DNA of 63,851 bases, counting the filler, from Candidatus Zhuqueibacterota bacterium (GTDB lineage: Bacteria > BS750m-G25), in the NCBI GenBank assembly GCA_016783505.1. It is 4 parts of 4 records of this genome, joined end to end, with 100 filler letters (N's around TTAATTAATTAA, not from the genome) between each part and the next. Parts side by side here need not be neighbours in the genome. Positions count along the whole stretch, not along the records: positions 27,784 to 52,832 come from JADHWK010000035.1; 3 more parts are not named here. One strand, 5' to 3'. Positions 39,201 through 47,695 of the stretch are shown piece by piece; the stretch's first letter is position 1; every line of letters begins with the position of its first letter. The position numbers were made by a program, and so were the translations under genes. Below the pieces are notes generated by a model, which did no database searches, was not told where the DNA came from, and was given only the letters and a program-made list of their open reading frames with translations.

Positions 39201-39879
39201 AAAGGGGAAACCTAAGGGCAACATAACAGAACAATTTACAACTCCCATTGAGAATCTATATGTTCCTCGAATTGATTTCAACAATCCTGAAAAGGTTAAA
39301 AGTCACGATAATTTAGTTGAGCTCGTAGATAAAATTATTGATGCAAAAAGAGAACTGTCTAAATTTAACACATTTTTTCCCACGATCCAATTAACCCATT
39401 TGTCTGAGAATTCTCCCCTACCTGAAATAAACCCCGAATCTATTGTCCAAGCTCTTTCACCCGAAAAACGATTTTCTCTTAGAACTTGCTCAAATATTAA
39501 AATTGCTTACAGTCGGGATTTTGAAGGGGCCAAGTTTATCCTGAATAAAATTGGGAAAACTGAATTAACTCTAGAAGGTCCAGAACTCATGCTCATTAGT
39601 AAAACCCCAAATGCAATTTTTCTTAAAGGTCAAGTGGAACTCCTTCAGATTATTTCTATGATTCTTGAAAATCACAAAAATAAATCCTGGGTTACCATTA
39701 AGGAACTACCTCTTATTCCTGAAACAACAATAGACTATGAGAGTAAAAAACAAGAAGTGATAGGAAAAGTGGTAAATTTAAGGTCAAAGATACAGAAGCT
39801 AAAGACTTCAATTGATCCGATAGTTTTTAAACTATATGGTGTTTCAGAAAATTTTCAACTAGTAATAAAGGAACATTAA
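36238..39879 (+). CDS. Type IIG restriction-modification enzyme (fused REase, N6-adenine MTase, TaqI-like specificity domain)
   Basis: IPDY..FDCK nuclease motif, GQYYTP, FDPAAGSGGF (motif I), NPPY (motif IV), C-terminal KYLLAILNS. Confidence 0.88.
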   Translation: MAKKNTDVIKRVISILDSVDYAHYSEERAKTYLEYAKGAWIDERKLIANIIFPKFLEQVLGFKLGENIGTQEKVSEGRDIPDYIPVDTRTHSFVFDCKGMDTEDLSKWYGQIKRYLEGQGLRYGILTNMRDLDVYTLEIDQEIEAFNFNFVELYKNCKENLSNILEKENTKRFLKFVERFKYIPLNIDEKFKRIAEAKPWTGEEILNIDLLTRRLRHVIECIHEDTTANKETLVLLKEIDPERATAIAQEIELIASEIERGREVKEASIGTFEEIIKAFPKSLLGKALDIFFYRVAYFTMTRLLLARAWEDIGFIDQSLYDGGLAKWYENFNKEISRVLKFAFGLAAERYKWLFNIDNNYTWYEPSNDTLVEVLYELSNFNLGKLNQDVLGTIYEEYIDKVDKRQKGQYYTPREIIEFIWNRVGFTNPRAFFWHIEGKRRPKFIFDPAAGSGGFLVEAARRIREESSINWNDFQDLFDIRTAILLHIFGCEISIFPYYITEVNLLIQLTPVVKRMIELKKGLKESLPLGIVPVDALSLYNPEPTLLPEEEYKFDHIRNFLPLERQKRAVFQKIKTQFDGKFSYCCANPPYIGEKGNKELFRSTLQKLPYWKEFYQGKMDYLYFFIILGLSKLRNPGERTPGGKLGFITTAYWPTADGASKLRKYILGNAKIKEIVFFEDVKIFEYAKGQHNMVFILEKCAGKDSERKRAENRIKIVRVLVKHQEITGDSIREKLRFLTRHIEKNINKREWKDKYIKVFFTKQGLLTDKPWGLFVEESAEKIISQIEAVGTKLKDFWRIEQGVVPSPLRLTRKKFEELSIEAVKKYNLKIGDGVFVLTKKELDNLQLASNEYEIIKPYFKNSDIGKYITSQGTNDYIIYTTSTTKIDEYPDIKRHLEKFRSILELRLSRYNESYNWFELHRSRDQKIFEGKKIVCGYRTEEPCFAYHEGSFYGSTDMYFIKPINPQDKHSLKYLLAILNSKTINFWLSKKGKPKGNITEQFTTPIENLYVPRIDFNNPEKVKSHDNLVELVDKIIDAKRELSKFNTFFPTIQLTHLSENSPLPEINPESIVQALSPEKRFSLRTCSNIKIAYSRDFEGAKFILNKIGKTELTLEGPELMLISKTPNAIFLKGQVELLQIISMILENHKNKSWVTIKELPLIPETTIDYESKKQEVIGKVVNLRSKIQKLKTSIDPIVFKLYGVSENFQLVIKEH

Positions 39880-39895
39880 TGGGAGGTTAATTAAA

Positions 39896-40042
39896 ATGCT
39901 TATCGTGCTTGTCATCAGATATTTATTGGTAAATGTGGGTAGGGGGCTCGCTAGTGATTTAGTCCTGGTTAACGGGGTCATTGGGACGGTTTACCACCAG
40001 CAATCCATGGCTGATGCCTTGTCCATACAGGGGGACCGATAA
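39896..40042 (+). pseudogene. Amidohydrolase N-terminal remnant
   Basis: RBS GGGAGG; ..DLVLVNGVIGTVYHQQSMADALSIQGDR* versus DLALFNGVIWTVDPNQPRAEALAIKGDR of the gene starting at 53582. Confidence 0.7.
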
Positions 40043-40447
40043 TTGATATTACACTGGCCAAAAATAACCAGATTTCTTACTGTCTCTGATCTTGTTTTGA
40101 TTGGATCTCTGCTTATAGCCGGGTTGCTAAGTATGGCCTTGGTGGGCCGGACCAGGGATCAGGGCAGTTATGCTTTGGTTGAGGTAGGAGGAAAAGTTAC
40201 CCATAAATTTCGACTGAACGAACTGAACGAGAAGCGGGATGTGGTTATAATTGGAACCATGGGGGAGATGGTTATACATATTGAGGAGGGGAAGGTCGGG
40301 GTGATCAAGTCCACCTGTCCCCATAAACTGTGCATCCGTATGAGCCCCCGGTCCAGGGCCGGGGAGAGCATTATCTGTGTTCCCAATAAGGTGGTTATCA
40401 CCATCATTGGGGGGGAAAAAAGGGGGTATGATGCCATAACAGGTTAA
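40043..40447 (+). CDS. NusG domain II-containing protein
   Basis: N-terminal TM, STCPHKLCI..IICVPNKV, terminal YDAITG. Confidence 0.88.
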   Translation: MILHWPKITRFLTVSDLVLIGSLLIAGLLSMALVGRTRDQGSYALVEVGGKVTHKFRLNELNEKRDVVIIGTMGEMVIHIEEGKVGVIKSTCPHKLCIRMSPRSRAGESIICVPNKVVITIIGGEKRGYDAITG

Positions 40448-40713
40448 AATTGCCAAGATTTCAAAAATTGCCAAAATTGCTAAATATGGAACATAGCTTT
40501 GCAAACTTATTAAATAGCATAGTTTTAGGCTAAGGCAAAGATACAAGAACTTAGCCCCTTCGCGGCAACTGGAATACTGGAATACTGGATGAATGGAAGG
40601 GTGGATGGGTCCCAATCTTCCAACCTTCCATCATTCCAAAAATGCCGCATGTTGAAGCCAATTCTTATCCCGAATATTCGGGACGAGGTGTTTACTATAA
40701 TCAGTGATGAACT

Positions 40714-42915
40714 ATGAATTCTAGTTCCCGGAGATTTGGAACCTTTGAGGGCGTTTTTACACCCAGTATCCTGACCATCCTCGGCGTGATTATGTATCTG
40801 AGGTTAGGCTGGGTGGTGGGAAACGCCGGCTTTGGGGGAGCCCTGTTGATTATTCTACTGGCTAAGGTGGTCACCATCACCACCGGGCTGGCCATGTCCT
40901 CTATGACCACCAACATCCGGATCGGAGCCGGGGGGTTTTATTCAATTATTTCCCGTTCATTAGGGCTGGAGATGGGTGCCTCTATCGGCATTCCCCTGTA
41001 TCTCTCCCAGTCCCTGGCAGTGGCCCTGTATGTGGTGGGCTTCACTGAGGCCTGGCTTAGCATCTTCCCCGGGCACGATGTGCGTTTGGTCTCATCCACC
41101 GTTTTAGTGGGGCTACTGATTCTTTCCTACATCGGCGCTAAGCTGGCCATGAAGGTGCAATACATCATTATGGCCGTTATCGTTATTTCCCTGGTTTCCT
41201 TTTTCCTGGGTCGGGGGGAATCAACCACACAAATGGTCGTTTGGGGGGATTTTTCCACAGCCCCCTTCTGGACAGTGTTCGCCATTTTCTTTCCAGCGGT
41301 GACCGGGATCGGAGCCGGGGCGGCCATGTCGGGCAACCTGCGGGATCCCCACCGCAGCTTGCCCATCGGTATCCTGTCGGCGATCGGGGTGGGGTTGCTG
41401 GTCTACATAGCGGTTGCCTTTTGGTTTGACCGGCTGGCCAGTTCCGAATTGTTAATGACCAATTATAAGGCCATGATGGACCTGGCCCGCTGGCGGTGGG
41501 CGGTTCTGGCCGGGGTATTTGGTGCTACCCTCTCCTCTGCCTTAGGATGCCTGGTGGGTGGTCCCCGTATCTTAATGGCCCTGGGTCAGCACCGGGCAGT
41601 CCCCTTAGCCCGATTTTTGGCCCATCAGTCCAAAAAGGGGGAACCACGGAACGCCATTTTGTTTACCGGTGTATTGGTTGAGGTAAGTCTATTATTGGGC
41701 GATTTGAATTCGATTGCCCCTTTGCTTACTATGTTCTTTCTTATTACTTACGGGATGATCAACCTGGCGGTATTCATTGAAAAGATCATTGGAATTACCT
41801 CCTTCAGACCCAGTTTCCGGGTTCCCTTGGTGGTGCCCTTGGTGGGCAGTGGGTGGTGTTTGATTACCATGTTCTTAATCAACCCGATCTTCGCCGGAGT
41901 GGCCATCGTTATCATCATTCTGATCTACATGTTCCAGGTGAAAAAAGGGTTAACGGCCCCTTGGGGGGATGTGAGGGGTGGGCTTTTTAATGCCATCGCC
42001 GAATGGGCGGCCAAGATGGCCGCCAGGATGCCCCAGTACGCCAAGTCCTGGAAACCCAACCTGGTGGTGCCGGTGGAAGACCCCAGGGTATGGGGTCATC
42101 TGATGCGGTTTATCAGGGATATCGTTTTCCCGAAAGGGAATCTTCGTGTGTTTACCGTTCGGGTGCTGGAGTCCGGGGTGCATCAGAAAATCAGCCGACT
42201 GGTGAAACGACTATCGTCAAAGGAGGTAGAAGAGCAAACCAAAGTCGGTGAGGAAACACCCTTAGAACTTGAGCAATACCTGGAGGAGCTGGTTTCCCCC
42301 ATAAGAAAGGAGGGCATTTTCACCGCCGCCACTGTGATCGAATCCGATGACTTTTTGAAAGGGATCAATGTGGTGGCTCAGGTGCTCAAAAGAATGTTCT
42401 TTCCCCCCAACGTCATCTTCCTGACCATGAGCGAGGATCCCGACAAGGATAGTAGATTGGAAAAACTCGTCGCCATTTCCGTCCGTGAGAAGTTGGGGAC
42501 TATTATTCTCTGGCTGCATCCGAAGAGCGCTTTCGGTCGGGAGGAAATCATTAATCTCTGGCTGAGGGAGGGAAGTCCTAACCGGAATTTGGCCATTTTA
42601 ACCGCCCTTCAACTGGAGAAGAACTGGAACGGAACCATCCGATTGATTCGGGTTATTGATAGCGAAGAGGATCGTCAACGGGCGGTGTTTGGGTTGCAGA
42701 GGATTGTGGAACGGGCCCGGATGCCCGCCCATACCGAACTATCCGTGCATCTGGGAGACTTCAGAGAGGTATTAACCAAGGCCCCGCTGGCCGACCTCAA
42801 CATCTTCGGCATGGGGGAGGCTTTGGATTGTGGCTACTTAAGAGAGATCGCCCAACTGATCCAGTCCTCCTGTTTGTTCGTCCGGGATTCCGGTGCAGAA
42901 AGCGCGCTGGCATAA
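40714..42915 (+). CDS. SLC12-like cation-chloride cotransporter / amino acid permease
   Basis: FGTFEGVFTPS..GVIMYLRLGWVVG, ISRSLG, FFPAVTGI, SGNLRDP, FRPSF, KSWKPN, large cytoplasmic C-terminal domain. Confidence 0.9.
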   Translation: MNSSSRRFGTFEGVFTPSILTILGVIMYLRLGWVVGNAGFGGALLIILLAKVVTITTGLAMSSMTTNIRIGAGGFYSIISRSLGLEMGASIGIPLYLSQSLAVALYVVGFTEAWLSIFPGHDVRLVSSTVLVGLLILSYIGAKLAMKVQYIIMAVIVISLVSFFLGRGESTTQMVVWGDFSTAPFWTVFAIFFPAVTGIGAGAAMSGNLRDPHRSLPIGILSAIGVGLLVYIAVAFWFDRLASSELLMTNYKAMMDLARWRWAVLAGVFGATLSSALGCLVGGPRILMALGQHRAVPLARFLAHQSKKGEPRNAILFTGVLVEVSLLLGDLNSIAPLLTMFFLITYGMINLAVFIEKIIGITSFRPSFRVPLVVPLVGSGWCLITMFLINPIFAGVAIVIIILIYMFQVKKGLTAPWGDVRGGLFNAIAEWAAKMAARMPQYAKSWKPNLVVPVEDPRVWGHLMRFIRDIVFPKGNLRVFTVRVLESGVHQKISRLVKRLSSKEVEEQTKVGEETPLELEQYLEELVSPIRKEGIFTAATVIESDDFLKGINVVAQVLKRMFFPPNVIFLTMSEDPDKDSRLEKLVAISVREKLGTIILWLHPKSAFGREEIINLWLREGSPNRNLAILTALQLEKNWNGTIRLIRVIDSEEDRQRAVFGLQRIVERARMPAHTELSVHLGDFREVLTKAPLADLNIFGMGEALDCGYLREIAQLIQSSCLFVRDSGAESALA

Positions 42916-43221
42916 TCATGAAACCTCCATACCGACTTTTCGACATAAAGAAGAATAAAATTTCGTAACTGTTCAGCCACCAAGACACCAAGACACAAAG
43001 ATGGATAAGAGAGATGAGCCAGAGTATTGGATAGTTGGATAAATAGATTAGTATCCATTATTCCGTTGTTCCATCACTTAATTGCAGTTCTGCGATCCCC
43101 AATTCTCTGGACGGGGGATGAACTGTTACGAAAATTCTTATTTTCAGGTGAAGGAACCACAGGAATCAAAGATAAGAAGGAATCTATAGAGTATATAAAT
43201 CCGTGAAAATCTGTGTAATCT

Positions 43222-43779
43222 GTGGTCTATTTTCAGGTGAAAAAATTCCAGAAACTAACCCGTTTATGCGCCCTGATAGCCCTGGGGCTAATTTTATTCA
43301 TCTTCGAAAGTTTTTTGCCCCGACCCCTGCCCTGGGTTAAGGTGGGGTTGGCTAATCTGGCCACCCTCCTGGCTCTATATTGGTTCGGATTTGGCGAGGC
43401 CCTGGTGGTGGTCGTCATCCGGGTAGGAGTGGGGGGGCTTATGTTGGGAACCCTGTTTAACCCTGCCTTCCTGTTCGCCCTCGGGGGGGGAGTGATAGCC
43501 ACGCTGGTGATGGGGGGGGTCAGGAAAACGATGCCCAACTTCGGTGTCGTTGGGGTCAGTATCTGGGGAGCCTTGGCCCATAACCTGACCCAACTAGGAC
43601 TGGCTTATTTGCTGTTTATCCGGGGCGCAGGGATTTTTTATCTATTGCCGATGTTCCTATTTTCCAGCCTTTTTGCAGGTGTAGTGATAGGTGTAGTAGC
43701 GCTTTTTATTTTGGAAAGATTACCCATGCTGTCAGGAACAACTTTGAGTATTAATTATCTTTCTCAGAATAATAAATGA
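43222..43779 (+). CDS. Gx transporter family protein
   Basis: ESFLPRPLPWVKVGLAN, GVSIWGALAHNLTQL. Confidence 0.88.
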   Translation: MVYFQVKKFQKLTRLCALIALGLILFIFESFLPRPLPWVKVGLANLATLLALYWFGFGEALVVVVIRVGVGGLMLGTLFNPAFLFALGGGVIATLVMGGVRKTMPNFGVVGVSIWGALAHNLTQLGLAYLLFIRGAGIFYLLPMFLFSSLFAGVVIGVVALFILERLPMLSGTTLSINYLSQNNK

Positions 43780-43921
43780 CTCTATTCCCAAAAAGAAGAA
43801 TAGAGATCTAACACGATCTCCGATCGTGTTTAAGATCCGTATGTGTTATAATCATATGAAGTTAAAAAGACACCGTTTCAAACAGTGTCAGATTATCTTC
43901 AGTTAGGCTTAAGGTTAAACT

Positions 43922-45022
43922 ATGAAAATGGAGACATCAAAACATCTTGGGGTTCTGACGGGTGGGGGGGATTGTCCGGGGCTGAACGCCGTCATCCGGG
44001 CGGTGGTGAAAACGGCCATCAACCGCTTCGGGTGGAAAGTAATCGGGATAGAAGATGGATTTTCCGGTCTGCTGAAGCCCGGTAAGACGAGAACTTTGGG
44101 GTTAAAAGATGTCAAGGGTATTCTTCCCCGGGGGGGAACGATCCTGGGAACTACTAACCGAAGCAATCCTTTCGAGTATAAAACCTGGGTGAACGGCAAG
44201 CTCCGGGTTGAAGACATTTCTCACATCGCCCATGATCGGATAGAGAAACTGGGGATTGACGCCTTAATTGTCATCGGCGGGGATGGGTCGCTGAAGATCG
44301 CCCAGCGATTTTTCGAGCTGGGGGTGTCGGTGGTGGGCATTCCTAAGACCATTGACAACGATCTTGAGGCCACTGACATGACCTTCGGGTTTCAGACCGC
44401 GGTGCTGACAGCCACCGAGGCCATTGACAAACTGCACACCACCGCCGAGAGCCACCACCGGGTGATGATTGTGGAGTTGATGGGTCGGTATGTGGGCTGG
44501 ATCGCCTTAGAATCGGGTCTGGCCGGGGGTGCCGACGTTATCCTCATCCCCGAGATCCCCTATCATATGGAAAAAGTCGTCACCAAAATTAAAGATAGGG
44601 ATAAAAGGGGGAGGAAATTTAGTATTATGGTGGTGGCAGAGGGGGCAAAGCCGGTCGAGGGTAAGGCCACCCTTTTGAGCCCCGCTGATAAAGAAGCCGG
44701 GGCCGAGAGGCTGGGGGGGATTGGGGACAAACTGGCCCAGGAAATTACCCGACTCACGGGCATGGAGACCCGGGTCACCGTGTTGGGTCACGTGCAGCGG
44801 GGCGGATCACCCTGTCCCTTCGACCGCATCCTGGCCTCCCGCTACGGTCGTGCCGCTGTGGAACTGGTGGCCGAAGGAAAATTCGGCCATATGGTTTGTC
44901 TCCATACCCCAAACATCGAATCCGTCCCCATAAAAGAAGCGGTGAGCTCCTTTCTGGCCGTGCCCCCGGACGGGGATTTGGTCAGAACGGCGGAGATGTT
45001 AGGGGTGGAATTCGGGAGATGA
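43922..45022 (+). CDS. pfkA: 6-phosphofructokinase
   Basis: TGGGDCPGLN, GGTILGT, GGDGS, PKTIDND, ELMGR, LGHVQRGG. Confidence 0.95.
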   Translation: MKMETSKHLGVLTGGGDCPGLNAVIRAVVKTAINRFGWKVIGIEDGFSGLLKPGKTRTLGLKDVKGILPRGGTILGTTNRSNPFEYKTWVNGKLRVEDISHIAHDRIEKLGIDALIVIGGDGSLKIAQRFFELGVSVVGIPKTIDNDLEATDMTFGFQTAVLTATEAIDKLHTTAESHHRVMIVELMGRYVGWIALESGLAGGADVILIPEIPYHMEKVVTKIKDRDKRGRKFSIMVVAEGAKPVEGKATLLSPADKEAGAERLGGIGDKLAQEITRLTGMETRVTVLGHVQRGGSPCPFDRILASRYGRAAVELVAEGKFGHMVCLHTPNIESVPIKEAVSSFLAVPPDGDLVRTAEMLGVEFGR

Positions 45023-45134
45023 TTGAACCTAAATACCCTGATTTAATACTGAAAATACCGAGAAAAGACAAAAGTTCCGTAAAGTACATTGTTTTGCAAA
45101 TAAAGTGTGTATGGGACAAATACAAGCTAAATCA

Positions 45135-45365
45135 CATTTCCTCCCCCTTTATGGGGGAGGGCTTGCCCCGTTAGATAGTTTACTTAATCTAACGGGGTAA
45201 AGGTGGGGGTTACTAACATGAAACAGGGAGGCAACCTTATCCTGAAATCTCAGAAATAAGCCAATCGGTCTATATATCGTAGATTTCGTCTGCTTTGAGA
45301 AATAGTTGATTATCAAATTGCTTTTTATCACCCACCCCTAACCCCTCCCATCAAGGGAGGGGAAC
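45135..45365 (+). pseudogene. DUF559 endonuclease remnant between CCCTCCC/GGGAGGG palindromes
   Basis: PIGLYIVDFVCFEK*LII; flanks CCTCCCCC-TTTAT-GGGGGAGG and CCCCTCCC-ATCAA-GGGAGGGG; nested CCCCGTTAGA..TCTAACGGGG. Confidence 0.7.
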
Positions 45366-45522
45366 TAATAAGATTTCGAAAGATAGGATAGAACAGTGTT
45401 CACCGAACTTTTACGAGAAAAGTATATCAATGGTATATAGGTCAGGAGCCTAACTGAAAGATTATTTTGTGATTTTTTAGGGTCATTTCAGTGTTATTCG
45501 GTGCTTTTCAGAATTTGGGTTA

Positions 45523-46308
45523 ATGAGAAAAGTCATATCAGCCAGCCGCAGGATTGACCTGGTGGGGGGATTTCCAGATCAATTGGCCCATCTGCTGGAT
45601 GATAAATGTCCCCCAAACCGAGTACATACCTTAGTTCTGTGGACCAAAAATGCGGCTAATCTTCTGAATCACCAAAGGCTTCGGGAAACGGTTAAACGGT
45701 ATGATCAGATATACCTTCATTACTCCATCACGGGAATGGGGGGCGGATTTTTGGAACCCAGGATTCCCCCGACCGAAGAGGCCCTGGGCCATCTTCCCCG
45801 GTTGATACGGTTGGTGGATTGTCCCCAGCGGATTCGAATACGGTTCGACCCCATCGTGCATCTTCGTCTGCCCGGAGGGGGTAACTTTTCCAATTTCCCC
45901 CATTTTGAAAGGGTAGTTTCAAGGGTGGTGGAACTGGGTATAACTACATTTTCTATCAGTTGGATGGCGACTTACCGGGGGGTGGTGCGGAGGTTGAGGG
46001 AGCGGGGAATTTTACCCGAGGTGGTTTCTCTGTCCAGGAGGAAGGAAGAAGCTGAGAAGCTGATTGAAATCGCTAACAATCTGGGAATAACCATAAACTG
46101 GTGCTGTGTTTCCGGTTTTCAGTCATCCCGCTGTATTGATGGAGAATTGTTTAACGCTCTGCACCCGTTGGGTTACCAATGCTCTACTGCAAAAGCTAAG
46201 GGTCAGCGAGAGTTGTGCGGCTGCACCGAATCCTGGGACATCGGCTGGTATAACCCCTGTCCCCACGGATGTCTGTATTGCTATGCGAATCCTAAAATTG
46301 AAAAATAG
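45523..46308 (+). CDS. DUF1848 family protein
   Basis: ISASRR.D, WTKN, RFDPI, QRELCGC..DIGWY..CPHGCLYCYAN. Confidence 0.88.
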   Translation: MRKVISASRRIDLVGGFPDQLAHLLDDKCPPNRVHTLVLWTKNAANLLNHQRLRETVKRYDQIYLHYSITGMGGGFLEPRIPPTEEALGHLPRLIRLVDCPQRIRIRFDPIVHLRLPGGGNFSNFPHFERVVSRVVELGITTFSISWMATYRGVVRRLRERGILPEVVSLSRRKEEAEKLIEIANNLGITINWCCVSGFQSSRCIDGELFNALHPLGYQCSTAKAKGQRELCGCTESWDIGWYNPCPHGCLYCYANPKIEK

Positions 46309-46496
46309 GCACAAAAAAGCCTAATACCCTTGTCATATGTTATCCTTATCTTATCATAATTTTGTCCTAAAAATTACAGCGTTTTCACAGCGCGGGGTTT
46401 TATTTGTCTTTTTGATTAAAGTTTTTATGGAATCTGCCGATAATAATAAAGGAGAAACAGAAGGTCTTAAAAAAATTTCAAAAATAAAAAAATTCA

Positions 46497-46525
46497 TTGA
46501 CTTTTTAAAATATTATTTGTATATT
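46497..46525 (+). promoter_or_regulatory. Sigma70-type promoter upstream of the NYN locus
   Basis: TTGACT-17 bp-TATATT. Confidence 0.7.
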
Positions 46526-46531
46526 AATCCA

Positions 46532-46595
46532 TCATCCCTTCAAGACGTTGTGTCTTGTTGGCCCCGAGTCGCCTGTGCGCTCGGGTTTTTTTTTT
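46532..46595 (+). ncRNA. Candidate structured leader or antitoxin RNA with terminator before the NYN gene
   Basis: CAAGAC-gttgt-GTCTTG hairpin, then CCCGAG-TCGC-ctgt-GCG-CTCGGG and a long T run about 17 bp before ATG. Confidence 0.55.
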
Positions 46596-46612
46596 GAAAA
46601 TGCAGACCTATT

Positions 46613-47224
46613 ATGAATAAAGTGATTTTCTTTATAGATGGTTTCAACCTTTATCATGCTCTGAATGGTAATCCTTTATATCATAAATACAAATGGTTAG
46701 ATTTAACCAAGCTTGTTAAATGCTATATAAAAGAAAATGAAAAAATTGAGAGTATTTATTACTTTACAGCATTAGCTTATTGGAGGCCAGATAAAATAGC
46801 AAGGCATAAGTTATTTATTAAAGCTTTAGAACTACAAAATATAAACATTGTTTATGGTAAATTCAAAATAAGGGATAAAACTTGTCGATTGTGCAAAGGA
46901 GAATATAGAATCCCTGAGGAAAAGCAGACCGATGTAAATATCGCAATACATTTATTCGAATTAGCTATGTATGATAGATACGATACAGCTATTATTATCT
47001 CAGGTGATAGCGATTTTGCCCCTTCAATACAGGCCGTAAAGAAAAATTTTCCTATAAAAAGGATAGGTATTGTTATTCCTATTGGACGAGGAGCTGAATT
47101 CCTTAAACAAATTTGCGATTTTCATATGAAAATGAAAGAGAAACATTTAAGGTCGAGTTTATTTGAAAAAGAGATTGCCATTGGCGAAGGTCGAAAACTT
47201 ATCTGCCCTCCTCAATGGCAATAG
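46613..47224 (+). CDS. NYN (LabA/DUF88, PIN-like) domain protein
   Basis: FIDGFNLY, EKQTDVNIA, IISGDSDF. Confidence 0.92.
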   Translation: MNKVIFFIDGFNLYHALNGNPLYHKYKWLDLTKLVKCYIKENEKIESIYYFTALAYWRPDKIARHKLFIKALELQNINIVYGKFKIRDKTCRLCKGEYRIPEEKQTDVNIAIHLFELAMYDRYDTAIIISGDSDFAPSIQAVKKNFPIKRIGIVIPIGRGAEFLKQICDFHMKMKEKHLRSSLFEKEIAIGEGRKLICPPQWQ

Positions 47225-47260
47225 ACTTTTCCTTCCCATTCCCCGCATTTAGCGGGTTTT

Positions 47261-47575
47261 TTATTTTCCATAATCCAACCTTTCAATAACATTCCTCAGA
47301 TGCTCACTGGCCAACGATCCATAATACCTCTCGATTGTCATCACCCTGGTTCCCGTGATCCTGGCTACCTCAGTGATCGACATTCCCAACATCAATGAAT
47401 GCGAAATAAAGGTCTTCTTGAGCTGGTGGAGGTTCCCCTCGATTCTCAGCCCCTGCAGGATCTCCTTGATTACGGTGGGAGACGGAAAGCGGGCTATACC
47501 GGACGACCCGACCCTCCCCTCCAACCTACCCGCGGCCTTAAGCCGTTTGGGCGCCTCATTGATCGGATTTCAATA
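47261..47575 (-). pseudogene. Tyrosine recombinase C-terminal remnant
   Basis: LHQLKKTFISH..EVARITGT..TIERYY resembles the H-x-L-R / LGH / Y box with catalytic residues changed; no N-terminal part. Confidence 0.7.
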
Positions 47576-47695
47576 ATATATAGACAATAAGATTTAGATC
47601 TGCCATTAATTATCAAACTGATTGTCTATATCTAAATGGGCTTTTTCATTTTATTGATTGACAATAATTTTTTTTTTAGTTATATTTATGATGTT

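Noticed and set aside
36238-39879. BREX PglX or DISARM methylase
   Set aside because: No brx or drm partner genes; the N-terminal nuclease motif and C-terminal specificity domain fit a stand-alone Type IIG enzyme.
47261-47575. Integrase remnant as the integron integrase or a prophage
   Set aside because: Short, catalytically degenerate, lacks IntI-specific features, 3 kb from the attI-like site, and no phage genes nearby.
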